A DNA stretch of 64,000 bases from Octopus sinensis (Eukaryota). A program made the translations under genes and the position numbers. Positions within the stretch are counted from its first letter, which is position 1, and each line of letters opens with the position of its first letter. Under the pieces are notes generated by a model. It made no database searches and had not been told where the DNA came from. It saw only the letters and a program-made list of their open reading frames with translations. The stretch is from positions 32,922,001 through 32,986,000 of the forward strand of contig NC_043007.1 in NCBI RefSeq assembly GCF_006345805.1. Reading direction: 5' to 3'. Positions 51,470 to 63,861 of the stretch are shown here, one piece after another.

Positions 51470-51700
51470 GGTATTTTTCTTTTCCAATCTTTTCGTATGC
51501 AAGCCGGCGGGGCTCGCTCTGAGCACTCTAATATTTTCACAGTAAACGTACCGGCTGCCTGGGACACTCGGCGAAGAGCACCCTCGGAGTAACCGTGCGG
51601 GCCGAAACGATCGGGAGGCGGACGCGCTACCGCAACGCAAACGGCGGCGCCCGACGACGCATCCCTCGTGGCTCCCGCGCCGACCTTCGACGCCTGTAGT
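51470..51700 (-). rRNA. 18S rRNA fragment (V4 region), dispersed pseudogene
   Basis: Minus strand TTTACTGTGAAAATATTAGAGTGCTCAGAGCGAGCC (51511-51546) matches the conserved SSU motif UUUACUUUGAAAAAAUUAGAGUGUUCAAAGCAGGC, preceded by a GC-rich stretch unique in this window. Confidence 0.65.
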
Positions 51701-52272
51701 AGCATTTAAAAAAACAGAAAGATGCAAAAATGCTAACAAATACTCAGACGTTTTGGATAAAATCTCGAAAGCGTTTACAAGAATTCATGATCTCTGTGTT
51801 AAGATAAAGCTTTGAATATATATTATTTCTCATTACCTAACCGCGTTCAATACTGTTTTCTGTGCTTGGAATGCGACAAAGTAGGAAAAACATCGTAAAT
51901 AGGATGCGTATTAAATCAAAACGTGTCTATATCTTGTCTTCTTGCCTTCTGGCAATGAGACTGGTTTTCCTTTAATGGAATGTCAATATTGGGGAAGTCT
52001 TTGATTATCTTTTTATCTTTTACTTGTTTCAGTCATTAGACTGCAGCCATGCTGGAGCACCGCCTTAGAGAATCATAGTCGAACGAATTGAACCCGGTAA
52101 TTAATTTTTATGACTGGTACATATTTTATCGATCTCATTTGAGATTTGCAACAAAAGCCAGCAGGCAATAATTTTACCGCCTCTGGAAGCTAAGATAATT
52201 TTTAATACATCAAGAATTTATGTTCTATAGTATCTAATATTACACACACACGCACACACACACACACGCGCG

Positions 52273-52358
<86 letters not shown>

Positions 52359-52359
<1 letters not shown>

Positions 52360-52420
52360 CTCTTTTACTCTTTTACTTGTTTCAGTCATTTGACTGCGGC
52401 CATGCTGGAGCACCGCCTTT
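52359..52420 (-). mobile_element. SINE family A 3' tail fused behind U2
   Basis: Minus strand AAAGGCGGTGCTCCAGCATGGCCGCAGTCAAATGACTGAAACAAGTAAAAGAGTAAAAGAGT, matching the family A tail. Confidence 0.92.
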
Positions 52421-52429
52421 ACCTCTTAG

Positions 52430-52615
52430 AATGGGCTGAATCCTGGAAGTACTGCTATACCAGGCCAACCCGTGGCAAAGGCGGAACAAGCCCCTAACTC
52501 TTCGCCTCGTTCTAAAAATCAGTTTAATATCGATGGTCCCAAATATGGACCGTATCAGATATTAAGCTGATAAGAACAGATACTACACTTTGATCTTAGC
52601 CAAAAGGCCGAGAAG

Positions 52616-52619
<4 letters not shown>
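52430..52619 (-). ncRNA. U2: U2 spliceosomal snRNA, full length (probably a retrocopy)
   Basis: ATCGCTTCTCGGCCTTTTGGCTAAGATCAAAGTGTAGTATCTGTTCTTATCAGCTTAATATCTGATACG..., branch-point GUAGUA, stem IIa TATCAG/CTGATA, Sm-like ATTTTTAG, stem IV CCTGG/CCAGG; about 190 nt; immediate upstream is (TA)n. Confidence 0.95.
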
Positions 52620-52657
<38 letters not shown>

Positions 52658-52692
52658 TATATAGCATAACAATGAAATATAATATGATGCAA

Positions 52693-52908
52693 TCCTTCTA
52701 CTATAGGCACACTGGCTGAAATTTGGTGGGAGGGGGCCAGTCGATGACATCGATCCCAGTGTTCCACTGTTACAATTTTTATTGATCTCCGAAACGATGA
52801 AATGCAAAGTCGTCCCCAGCGAAATTTGAACTCAGAACGTTAGCGACAGTCGAAATTACTACTAAGCAGATCGTCCTGCGTGCTAACGATTCTGCCAGCG
52901 AGCGGCCT
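52693..52908 (-). mobile_element. SINE family C, tail b, diverged
   Basis: TTCTACTATAGGCACA...GAAATTTGAACTCAGAACGTTAG...GCTAACGATTCTGCCAGC. Confidence 0.75.
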
Positions 52909-54748
52909 TATTATATAATGGGATAAAATATACACGATGAGCGGGTAGTTATTTATAGTTGCAAAGCATCTATAAATCACTTATAGAAATATGTATACAA
53001 ATGGAATTAAGCAGAAAGCAGGAAGATAGTCCATAAGAGTTCTTCATTAATAGATAAATTTCAAAAGATTTCATTAGCGAATACCATAGAGAAGAAACTC
53101 TCTTCGCTATGACTTTCAATTATGAAATCTCTTGATATCTACCTATTTATGAAAGACAACTCTAGACTATCTTCCTGCTTCATTAGATTTATATACATCT
53201 CTGTATATTTTATTTAGAAATGCTCTAATGCCGGAAATAACTGCTTATCTGTCATTTATTTTATGTATATCTTCATTAGCTCGACTGGCTTATTTCCTAT
53301 TGCCTACTCTTAGCTATTTGGTTTACGTCTTCCATGATTCGACGTCGAATTTTAAGTATTTGACCTGTTCTGAATACTAATCTGTCAGTATGTATTCTCC
53401 AAACTTTGACCTGTTCTAGAACTCACTATGATAAAGTCAATGTAATGCATGGCTATGGCTATTTCTAAGATCCTACGATGAGATGAGCGTGAATTTACCG
53501 AAATTTTTCACCTCCAGGCGCATATATGAACCAGAAGATAAATACAGAGATAAGAACAAATTCGTAAATATATGCTAAAAGAATAGGCGTTACGTAATCA
53601 CAAGTACTGGTGTGCGGCTATTTCCTGTATAAGAAAGTGAGCGACCAAAGGCATATGATGTGTCCTAGCTTCATCAGAACCTCAACAAATCTTTCTATTT
53701 GTGTCTCTCCACATATATAATGTGTGTGTGTATGTATATATATGTATGTGTATGTGTGTATACAAAAACACACATATATAGATAGGTGTGTGTGCTTGTG
53801 TATGTTCACGCGCACGTCTGTATGTGTGTGGGGGGGGGGGGCGCAATGCACATGTGACACGTAGGTGCAAAACATTCTGGATAAAATAATATTCGAATAC
53901 TAAAAAGAAGAATAAAATAGTAATATTTTGTTGGGGGCTGAAAAAACTCCGCAAGCTGTTACTCAGAGTTTCACGGAACCGATAATCAATCACACAACTG
54001 GGAATATTTAGAACAATGGAAACCATTGCATGGTTCAAAACATACATGAATGTCTGACGAGCGCTCACATGAAAATCCGAATAGCAGTTTATAAAGTCCC
54101 TTCAACTTCAATATAATACCACACACACACACATGCACACACATATGCACACACACATACACACACACTTATATATACCACCACATACCACCACTCGTTC
54201 TTAACCCTTCTCTCTCCCTTTCTTCTGTCGTTCTTGCCCCTAGCTCCAGCTGACCACGTGACCATTTAGTCTCAGTGTATTAATATTAATCGCCTTTCTA
54301 TACTTTTCCCCTCTTCTTTCTTCACTGCTTCTTCTCTCTCACTCACTCTCTCTCTCTCTCTCTCTCTCTTCTCTCACACTTTCACCACCTCTTACTCACT
54401 CCACCTCTCACTCACCCAAACTTACTAATGTATAACGGGCGAACGAACAAGCAGATTATTTTATACACACACACACACACACACACACCACAGAAACACG
54501 CATGTATGTATGTATATATGTATGTATATATGTATGTATGTATGCATGTATGTATATATGTAAATATATTGGTTTGAAATTTTGGCACAAGGATATCTAT
54601 TTCAGTGGGGAGAGGCAAGTCAATTACTCTTCCGAAGTACGCAACTGATATTTCTTAGATCGACTACGAAAGTCGACCTTGGCGGCCGGCGCACACATAT
54701 GTATATCATGTACGTATGTGTGTGTATACACGCACACCCACACACACA

Positions 54749-54787
<39 letters not shown>

Positions 54788-54924
54788 GCACACACATGCT
54801 CAGAGACAGGCAAATAGATGGGGGAGGGGCAATGCATAATTCATTACAGCGTTAGCAATAATAATTTCATAGCAGGGTTTAAAATTCCAATACATACATA
54901 CAAGCATGCGCACGCGTGTGTATG

Positions 54925-54988
<64 letters not shown>

Positions 54989-55430
54989 CAAACATGAATG
55001 TACGTATGCTTTCAAACATTTTGCAGTCTCTTCCGTTTGTGTTCGTTCATAGAATCTTTGCTTCATTCGCCAACTTAATCCACATATTCATATATAAATA
55101 TTTATGAGAGGATGGAACGAAAGAGAAAGATAGAGAGAGACAGACAGACAGACAGAAAGAAAGAAAGAAAGAATATTAGAGAGATTGTGTGGGGTGGGGT
55201 GAAAAGGAGCATTACAAGAGAAGATAAACACTCGAGAACAGAACACTGCCTTGAATGATCATAAATAATAAAAAAAAAATAGGACTCAAACAAACCAAGT
55301 AATCTAAAACCAAAACAATGGGCGAAGTCTGTATTTACTCAAGCAGGATTAAATTTAGCTTATCCAGCTGCTACATTCGCAGAAGAGAATTCATGGAACA
55401 ACAAAATTCTGAATCGAAGTGCTAGTAGTC

Positions 55431-55484
55431 ATAATAATAATGATGATAATAATAATAATGATAATAATAATAATAATAATAATT

Positions 55485-55536
<52 letters not shown>

Positions 55537-55545
55537 TAATAATTA
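55431..55545 (+). repeat. (AAT)n microsatellite
   Basis: Direct inspection. Confidence 0.97.
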
Positions 55546-55785
55546 TAAAATGCCCTGATGCAGTACTAGACAGTGGCGCCCATGGCTTTTGATCTTAACT
55601 GATTGGAAGCGTTATCATGTACATTGTTTTGTCTTGGTGTAAAAGATTGGTTACAGCAAATATTCTGCTCAGTATCACAGATTCGCTTACCAGTTTGTTT
55701 GATCATAACCACTTGAGCATGACCTTTAGTGGTTAACAATATGTGTATCTGTGATCACACGGAAATTAATGTGGTTTGATATTTA

Positions 55786-57338
55786 TTGATGCACCGCGGG
55801 TACTGGCAAAACTTTTCTTCTTACACTGTCTTATGTGCGCAAAACAACCAACTAGCTATTGTAACAGCGTCATCAGACATTACTGCGACTCAATTGAAGC
55901 CAGGTCGCACTGATCACTCTCGATTCAAGCTCTTAATATCGGTACTCTGTAATTCAACATGCAAAGTATCTTCTCTTGATGTCATAGGCTGTTTGCTTCA
56001 TGATGCCACGCTTGATTGTTTGGGACGAGGCACCCATGTGACATCGTTATCTATTTGAAGCGCTGAATCGAACACTGAAGGATATAATGAACAACGATTT
56101 GATCTTCGGCGACAAATTGATAATTTTAGGTGGCGATTTCTGTCAAATTCTTTCAGCGGTTCGAAAAACACAAAGGTCTTCTCTAATTGGAGCATGTTTG
56201 AAAAAATCCGTAATTTGGCACGAATGCGAAGTATTTCATCTCACCACTAATATGAGAGTGCAAAACTATCTCAGTAATAATGATACCACCTCTTAAGCTC
56301 GACTGGCATATCATTCTCTTTGGTTATTGGTGAAGGAAGAATCTCCAATGTTCAAAGACAATTATATGATGATGTAATAGAGATTCCTCAGCAATTTCAA
56401 GTCTGCAGCAAGGAAGATTTGATCAACCATGTCTATGAAGATATAGAGGTTAATTTTAAAAGTGCCCAATGGTTATCATCACGAGCAATATTAACAATAA
56501 ATAATGAAGAAGTTGGTAATCTAAGTAATCACATAATCCAGAAATTTCCAGGTGAGACGTATACTCTGAGGAGTATTGATTCCGTTTAGAAGATCAACAA
56601 TCTGCACTCTATCTTCTTGAATTTCTGAATTCTCTTGATATAAGTGGTATGCCACCTCACATTATCAAATTAGAAACGGACGTTCCTGTAATGTTGCTAA
56701 GAAACTTAGATCAGAGGAATGAGCACTGCAATGGCGCACGTCATAGTGTCAGATAATATGATCACTACAAGTAAAATAACTGGTGTTGATGCAGGACGCA
56801 CACATTCGATTCCCCGCATTATTCTGCAACCATCTGATACCGATTTGCCCTTTACTTTGAAAAGACGCCAATTTCCAGTGAGACCTGCTTTCGCGATGTC
56901 TATACACAAAAGTCAAGGACAAAGCCTTTCTAAGTGCGGCATCTACATGCCTGCGCCCGTATTAATTCATGGCCAGTTATATGTCGCTCTTTGTAGAGTT
57001 GGGGATCCAGTGAATCTTAAAATATTTGCTGATCAAAAACAATTTACCAGATCAAGAACAAGTAGAGGTCATAATGAAAATGTATAAGACTTGCGCATAA
57101 TGTTATCTACACGGAAATAGTGTAAATAGTGATATGCTGCCTATGTAAAAAGTACAGCTTTGCTTAATATTTTCTGTGTTATTTTATTACTGATTTTGTA
57201 AAGTATTTGCAGAAATGAGAATATGTAAATATATTATCAAATTATATTTTGTGTATTTCTCAAACAATAGTTGAATTAAATTGAAATGTTATTCTAAACA
57301 TAGCATTGTTTTTATCTTATTGACGGGTCATGTACTAG
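55786..57338 (+). mobile_element. Helitron 3' part: decayed PIF1-family helicase and 3' terminus
   Basis: RGTGKTF, AIVTASSDITATQLKPGRTDHSRFKL, ILGGDFCQIL, LTTNMRV, RRQFPVRPAFAMSIHKSQGQSL, HGQLYVALCRV across frameshifts; 3' end GACGGGTCATGTACTAG^T at 57338. Confidence 0.93.
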
Positions 57339-57431
57339 TAATAATAATACCCCAGTGTCATTTTCATGGCATGCACTGCTATCTCAGTCAAAAATAATAA
57401 TAATCTTATTACTTGAAAGAGCATATTTCAA

Positions 57432-57597
57432 GGTAGCTTGTGTGGTAGGTAGCTTTCCTACCAATCACATAGTTCCGGGTTCAGTTCCACTGCATGGCAC
57501 CTTGGGCAAGCATCTTCTATAGTCTCGGGCCGACCAAAGCCTTGTGACTGGATTTAGTAGACGGAAACTGAAAGAAGCATGTCTTATATATATATAA

Positions 57598-57631
<34 letters not shown>

Positions 57632-57830
57632 CGCGTGCCTGTGTTTGTACTCCACCATCGCTTGACAACCGATGTTGGTATGTTTACATTCCCGGTTCAG
57701 CAAAAAGACCCATATAGAATAAGTACTAAGCTTACAAACAATAAGTTCTGGGGTCGATTTGTTCAACTAAAGGTGGTGCTCCAGCATGGCCACAGTTAAA
57801 TGAATGGAAAAGAATAAAAGAATAAAAGAG

Positions 57831-57832
<2 letters not shown>
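57432..57832 (+). mobile_element. SINE family A
   Basis: Aligns with 44469 from head to GCTCCAGCATGGCCACAG tail. Confidence 0.88.
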
Positions 57833-57894
<62 letters not shown>

Positions 57895-58122
57895 GGATTT
57901 CAAGGGTTAGTATGTAATAGTATGTAATTAGGAAGAAATTATGAATCTATTTTTGTGAGCGCTAATTAGTTCCTTTTCGTTAATAATTCGAGATGCCATC
58001 GCTGCTCTATACACAGGAGATTATAGTGAGCAATCCTGTAATAAGTTGACGGAGGCAATGTCAAAGTATTTGCATACCTACACCATACACACGTACGTAT
58101 GCAAGTATATATTCACACACAA

Positions 58123-58203
<81 letters not shown>

Positions 58204-58321
58204 CATATACACATACGTACAAGCATATATATATATATATATATTATTTGTTTATTTTATTTATTATAATATCCACACATATATATACATGTGTGTGTGT
58301 GTGTGTGCGTGTGTGGTGTGG

Positions 58322-58367
<46 letters not shown>

Positions 58368-58559
58368 TGTGTGTGTGTGCGTGTGTGTATGTATTAGTTC
58401 GTCCGAAACATTCTGAGCATTTTTGATTTGCAAAAACTGATATAAATAATTGATCTTTCAATAAATTTTATACAATAAAATAATTTCCATTATTATTAAT
58501 GACATTTGCCCATCTATCAGGCAATTTACATATTCAATCACCATAAAATTTGACTGGTT

Positions 58560-58960
58560 ATGAAGAGAAAAATTTATCTAGATGCATTTTGACTCCATCC
58601 GAGTCGTTAAATGTTCTTCTTTGCAATGAGTTCCGTAGCGACAAAAAGAAATGGTAGTCGGACGGCACAATATCAGGAGAATATGGTGAATGGTGTAAGA
58701 GATTCCAACCAAATTAATGTAACTTTTTTCGGGTAACCAAAGGAACATGTGGTTGGGCATTGTCCTGTTTGAATACGATTCCATTCCTGTTGGCAATCTC
58801 CGACCTCAATCCTTTGATTTTTGGTTCAAATTAGCCAGCTGACGACAGTACAAATCAGAATTAATGGTCTGGTTTTGTGGGAGGAGTTCATAATAAACAA
58901 TGCATCCCACCAAACACAAAGCTTAGCTTTGACAGGAAAAAAGAAGGCTTTCCTATGCGG
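58560..58960 (-). mobile_element. mariner (DD34D-type) transposase fragment
   Basis: LCVWWD..YELLPQNQTINSDLYCRQL...GIVFKQDNAQPH...HSPYSPDIVPSDYHFFLSLRNSL (not in ORF track because of stops and frameshift). Confidence 0.88.
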
Positions 58961-59089
58961 ATAGGAAAGCCTTTTTTTTCTGCCGGGGCTTATAAGCTCC
59001 GTTATTAGGCTATTTTTCCTTAGTCATTGCACGGTGATCGCTATAAGCTTTAAGCTGATATAAAAGATACCATTATGTGTGTGTGTATG

Positions 59090-59317
59090 TGGCAAGCTGG
59101 CAGAAACGTTAGCACGCCGGGCGAAATGCGTAGCTATATTTCGTCTGTCGTTACGTTCTGAGTTCAAATTCCGCCGAGGTCGACTTTGCCTTTCATCCTT
59201 TCGGGGTCGATAAATTAAGTACCAGTTACGCAATGGTGTCGATGCAATCGACTTAATCCCTTTGACTGTCCTTGTTTGTCCCCTCTGTGTTTAGCCCCTT
59301 GTGGGTAGTAAAGAAAT
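59090..59317 (+). mobile_element. SINE family C, tail a
   Basis: Aligns with 14567. Confidence 0.9.
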
Positions 59318-59556
59318 ATATGTGTTTGTGTGCGTGTGTGTGTGTGTGTGTGTATGTATATATAGGTATCTATGCATACATACCTATATGCATGCATACG
59401 TACGTACATACATCACTTTTTAGCTCCTGTCAGCTTTGTCGTTGACGGTTCTATATATTCAACTTTCTGATATCGTTGTGTGCGTGACGGAATAGTAACC
59501 TTCAACATGAAATCAACCCACAAACAAATACAAATACACTTTACCTACACACATAG

Positions 59557-59603
<47 letters not shown>

Positions 59604-59974
59604 ACACTAAAAGACACAAACACACACACTGACAGAGAAATGACAAAATGACACCAAAATATAAAAAAAAAAAAGACATTCACAAGAAAACTAAAGACAC
59701 GCATGAAAACTGAAACGCTAAACGCAAATGTTTGTTCTTGATCTTTGTTGAAAGACGAAAGAACCCCAAAACACAAATAAAATAAAACAAAATATAGAAG
59801 AGAATAGAATACGTGCAAACCGCAAAGTTAGCAGCGAGTGAACGTCGAACCTTGACATTTAGAGAATCATGTGCATCTAAGTGCAACAAAACCATGCCAT
59901 CAGTGCAAAGTACTGTAACACATACTACATATAGGCATATATATATATATTATATATATAATATATAATATATG

Positions 59975-60013
<39 letters not shown>

Positions 60014-60427
60014 CATATATGTGTGAGTATATATATATCTATATTTTATATATATTATGTATTAATATATATATATATATATGTATGTATATATAATATA
60101 TATCATTATGTATAAATATATATATATATGTTATATATATATTATATATATATATATATATTATATATATATATATATACGTATACATACATATCTACAT
60201 ACGTACACACACATACACATACATATATAAATATGTGTGTGTGTGTGTGTGTGTGTGCGTGCGCGTATTCTTATTCCATCGAAGAATGAATGGTTCAATG
60301 ATACAGGGAATGTCTACTCAGCATGTTTTCGACCTCATTAAGTGGAAGGCATGTAACGTCATGTTATAACAGCAAGCAGCCAGCTTGCAAATATGTCAGT
60401 TATGAGTGAATTTCTTGCTGTGCGTTG

Positions 60428-60527
60428 NNNNNNNNNNNNNNNNNNNNNNNNNNNNNNNNNNNNNNNNNNNNNNNNNNNNNNNNNNNNNNNNNNNNNNNNN
60501 NNNNNNNNNNNNNNNNNNNNNNNNNNN
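60428..60527. other. Assembly gap (100 N)
   Basis: Run of N. Confidence 1.
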
Positions 60528-60579
60528 CTTACTTAGAAATGGATGCGTGCATTCCGTCATATAATAAATTAATAAATAA

Positions 60580-60626
<47 letters not shown>

Positions 60627-60979
60627 ATATACGTAGATAGATATATTAATTCAGATTACACACCGACAAACTGGATAAGGAGCAGGTCAGTCAAACAGAG
60701 TGGTTGGAATTGAAGTAGGTCTGGCAAGCACACAAAATTCTGTTTTGTGTCATGAATTATACCATCTTTCTTCATTTTCTAAGCTGTACGATTTGACTTG
60801 AAAGCCAGTGCATTGACCTATCGCAATGCCAAAATTCTGTCCTACCTGTTGGTCCACTATCATATTAATTTCGGACATCTGCCACTTAATTGTTTCTGCC
60901 ATACATTAACCAAGATTCACTCATAAGCTACTTGTCTGCCAACATTGAGACTAAGTTTAGCATGTTCTGATATTTCTTA

Positions 60980-61300
60980 GTGGAGGCGCAATGGCCCAGT
61001 GACCCAGTGGTTAGGGCAGCGGACTCGCGGTCGGAGGAACGCGGTTTCGATTCCCAGTGTGTGTTTATTGAGCGAAAATACCTAAAAGCTCCCACGAGGC
61101 TCCAGCAGGAGGGTGGGTGGCGACGCCTGTTCTACTCTTTCGCCACGACTTTCTCTCACTCTCTCTCTCTTCCTGTTTCTTGAGTAACGTTGCGATGGAC
61201 TGGCATTCAGTCCAGCTGCGGTAACACATACGCCACAGAAACCGGGAAAACGGGCCCATGAGCCTGGCTAGGCTTGAAAAGGGCGACGTTTTTCTTCATC
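60980..61300 (+). mobile_element. SINE family B, tail type 3
   Basis: Family B head; GATATTTCTTA on both sides. Confidence 0.88.
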
Positions 61301-61320
61301 GATATTTCTTATGTAAAATA

Positions 61321-61532
61321 AGGCGGCGCGCAGGCAGAATTGTTAGCATGCCGGGCGAAATGTTTATCGGCATTTTGTCCGTCTTCATGTTCTGAGTTCA
61401 AATTCCACCAAGGTCAACTTTACTTGTCATCATTTCTGGATCGATATAATAAGTATCAGTCGCGCAGTGGCGGCCGATGTAATCGGTTAGCCCTTCCTTC
61501 AGAACTGTTGGCCATGTGCTAAAATTTGAAAC
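61321..61532 (+). mobile_element. SINE family C, diverged, tail b-like
   Basis: Head AGGCGGCGCGCAGGCAGAA; CGATATTTCTTATGT at 61300-61314 and 61533-61547. Confidence 0.8.
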
Positions 61533-61844
61533 CGATATTTCTTATGTTTATTTGAATAGTTGAGTCTTTACCCCGCAGAGTTGGTTCTCGGTAAAGGTTT
61601 CGGAATGTAAGTTCTAATCGTGTGAGGTTTAGGGTTTTCTGTATTGAGAATCTCTGGAACTCATATGTTGAGTCGGGCACACACTCTCTCTCTCCCTCTC
61701 TCTCTTTATATATATATATTATATATATATATAATATATACAGAGAGAGGGAGAGGAAGAGTGGGCCCATTTAGTTTTATGTTTAGAGCACTCAGCTTGT
61801 ATCTAAGAGTTTGAGTCTCGTAGCCGGCTAAGGGCAACAGATTT

Positions 61845-62000
61845 TAGGCACAAACGTGGCTGTGTAATAAGCTTCTTTCTCAACAACATGGTTCCAGGTT
61901 CAGTCCCACTACACGGCACCTTCGGCATCTGTCTTCTACTATAGCCTAGGACCGACCAAAGGTTTGGCGGAAAGAAGGTGAAAGAAGCCTGTCATATATA
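61845..62000 (+). mobile_element. SINE family A, 5' half
   Basis: GTGGCTGTGTAATAAG..CAGTCCCACT..CTATAGCC..GACCAAAG..GAAAGAAGCC. Confidence 0.75.
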
Positions 62001-62935
62001 TCTTCTTTATCTTTATCTTTATCTAGTTTCAGCTCACGAGCTGTGGCCATGGTGTTGCTACATGATTTTACTTCACGAATGCTTTTTAGCAATTGCCATT
62101 TGGTGCATGAGATAGTTCGATGCAGCTGCCCTCATCTGCACCTCCTGCCGTGAAGTTGGTTCATCTGGGACACCTGACAAGAAGAGATCCAGTTTTATTT
62201 TAAAGACATCTGCATCCACCCCATACAGTTCTCTCAGGTTCTTCGGGAGGATATTGAAGAGCTCTGGGCCTCTGAAGCCCAGGCTATCACAGTAAGTATC
62301 TTGTCCTACATCTTGATGGCAAATTTGGAGTCCTTGGCACTAAGCAGTGGTGCCCAATTCTGGCATTTGTGTAACTCTCGATGCCAAAGTTTGGGACAAG
62401 TCCTTCTAGGATCTTCCAGATGTATATTATGGCATATCTTTCTCGCCTACATTCTAAGGAATACAGTCTTAATCTCGTGAGTCTTTCCCAGTAGCTTATA
62501 TGCTGCACAGAGGCTATCTTCTTCGTGTAGCTTCGTTGGATCGCCTCAAGTTCTGTGATTAACTTGACACTGGATGGTGACCATAGCTGAGAGCAATAGT
62601 CAAAGTGGCTTAGGACAAGTGTCCTCCAGAGGACCATCATGGTTTCTTGGTCTCTTGTTCTAAAGGTTCTAAGAATCCATCCGGTCAGCCGCCTACATTT
62701 CATTGCCAATTTAGCAACATGCACATGAAAGGTTGCATCATCACTCATGTAAATACCCAGGTCTCGCACTGATTGTGCCTCTGGGGTTGCAATCCCTCCA
62801 GGTCCAGTGTATTTATTGGGTATTGCATTTAGTTTTGCATGCTGATAGCATAAAGCTTGAAACTTTTCAGCATTGAACTGCATGCTATTCTTTTCAGCCC
62901 ACTTGTATATTTTGTCCAGCTCACATTGCAGGTGC
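62001..62935 (-). mobile_element. CR1-clade LINE, 5'-truncated 3' end with tail
   Basis: MQFNAEKFQ..VRDLGIYMSDD..WILRTF..DYCSQLWSP..LEAIQRSYTKKI..YWERLTRLRLYSLECRRERY..; then GFRGPELFNILP..KLDLFL; tail CATGGCCACAGCTCGTGAGCTGAAACTAGATAAAGATAAAG. Confidence 0.9.
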
Positions 62936-62967
62936 TTAGTGTATATATATGTATATAATTATGTATG

Positions 62968-63001
<34 letters not shown>

Positions 63002-63069
63002 TGTATGTATGTATGTATGTATGTATGTATTATGTACATGTATATATCTATGCATGTATCATAGTCCTA

Positions 63070-63255
63070 CACCTCCCATCACCATTTGACAACAGATGTT
63101 AGTTTCTTTACGTCACCGTAACCTAGCGGTTCGGCAAACAGACCGATAGAATAAGTACTAGGTTTTAAAAACTTCCTGGGGTCGATTTGTTCGTCTAAAA
63201 GCATTCAAGGCGTGATGGTCAAGCATGGCCGAACTTACTGAGACAAGTAAAAAAG
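63070..63255 (+). mobile_element. SINE family A, 3' half
   Basis: TAACCTAGCGGTTCGGCAAA..GATAGAATAAGTACTAGG..GGGGTCGATTTG..AGCATGGCC..GAGACAAGTAAAA. Confidence 0.75.
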
Positions 63256-63276
63256 ACTATATATATATATATATAA

Positions 63277-63312
<36 letters not shown>

Positions 63313-63364
63313 CTCTATCTCTCTATCTCTCTCTCTATATATATATATGTATGTATGTATTTAT

Positions 63365-63402
<38 letters not shown>

Positions 63403-63447
63403 GTATATATATGTATGTATATAGGTATATATGTATATTTTCTCTCC

Positions 63448-63515
<68 letters not shown>

Positions 63516-63583
63516 TATATATATATATACATCATATATATATATGTATATATATATAGATGATGTTTGCTTCATCTTGACAG

Positions 63584-63693
63584 ATGATAGTCGTCCCACC
63601 AACACACATACCGCACCCATCACGCAGCACAATCACTCCATAGATGAACCCTTAGATGACTTTGAAGACCAGCTGTTGACTGACAGGGTCTAA
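63584..63693 (+). CDS. Candidate terminal coding exon of an unknown host gene
   Basis: Pyrimidine-rich acceptor TTTGCTTCATCTTGACAG, then non-repetitive (D)[35 protein letters not shown]; no homology recognised. Confidence 0.3.
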
Positions 63694-63818
63694 AACTCAA
63701 GTGACAGATGTTATTCAAATTTCTTCTAAATCTTTGCCCTTTAGTTTGTGATTCTCAAGCAAAGTTTTTTGTGAACTAGCCTGTCTGTTAAGTCCAGATA
63801 TTGTCTTACAAGTTTTTT

Positions 63819-63861
<43 letters not shown>

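Noticed and set aside
52430-52619. U2 as a functional snRNA gene or as a Utopia/Keno target site
   Set aside because: Upstream is pure (TA)n with no promoter, and U2 is uninterrupted, unlike U2-targeting insertions.
55546-55780. Repeat-like segment after (AAT)n
   Set aside because: Single copy in the window and no diagnostic motif, so class cannot be supported.
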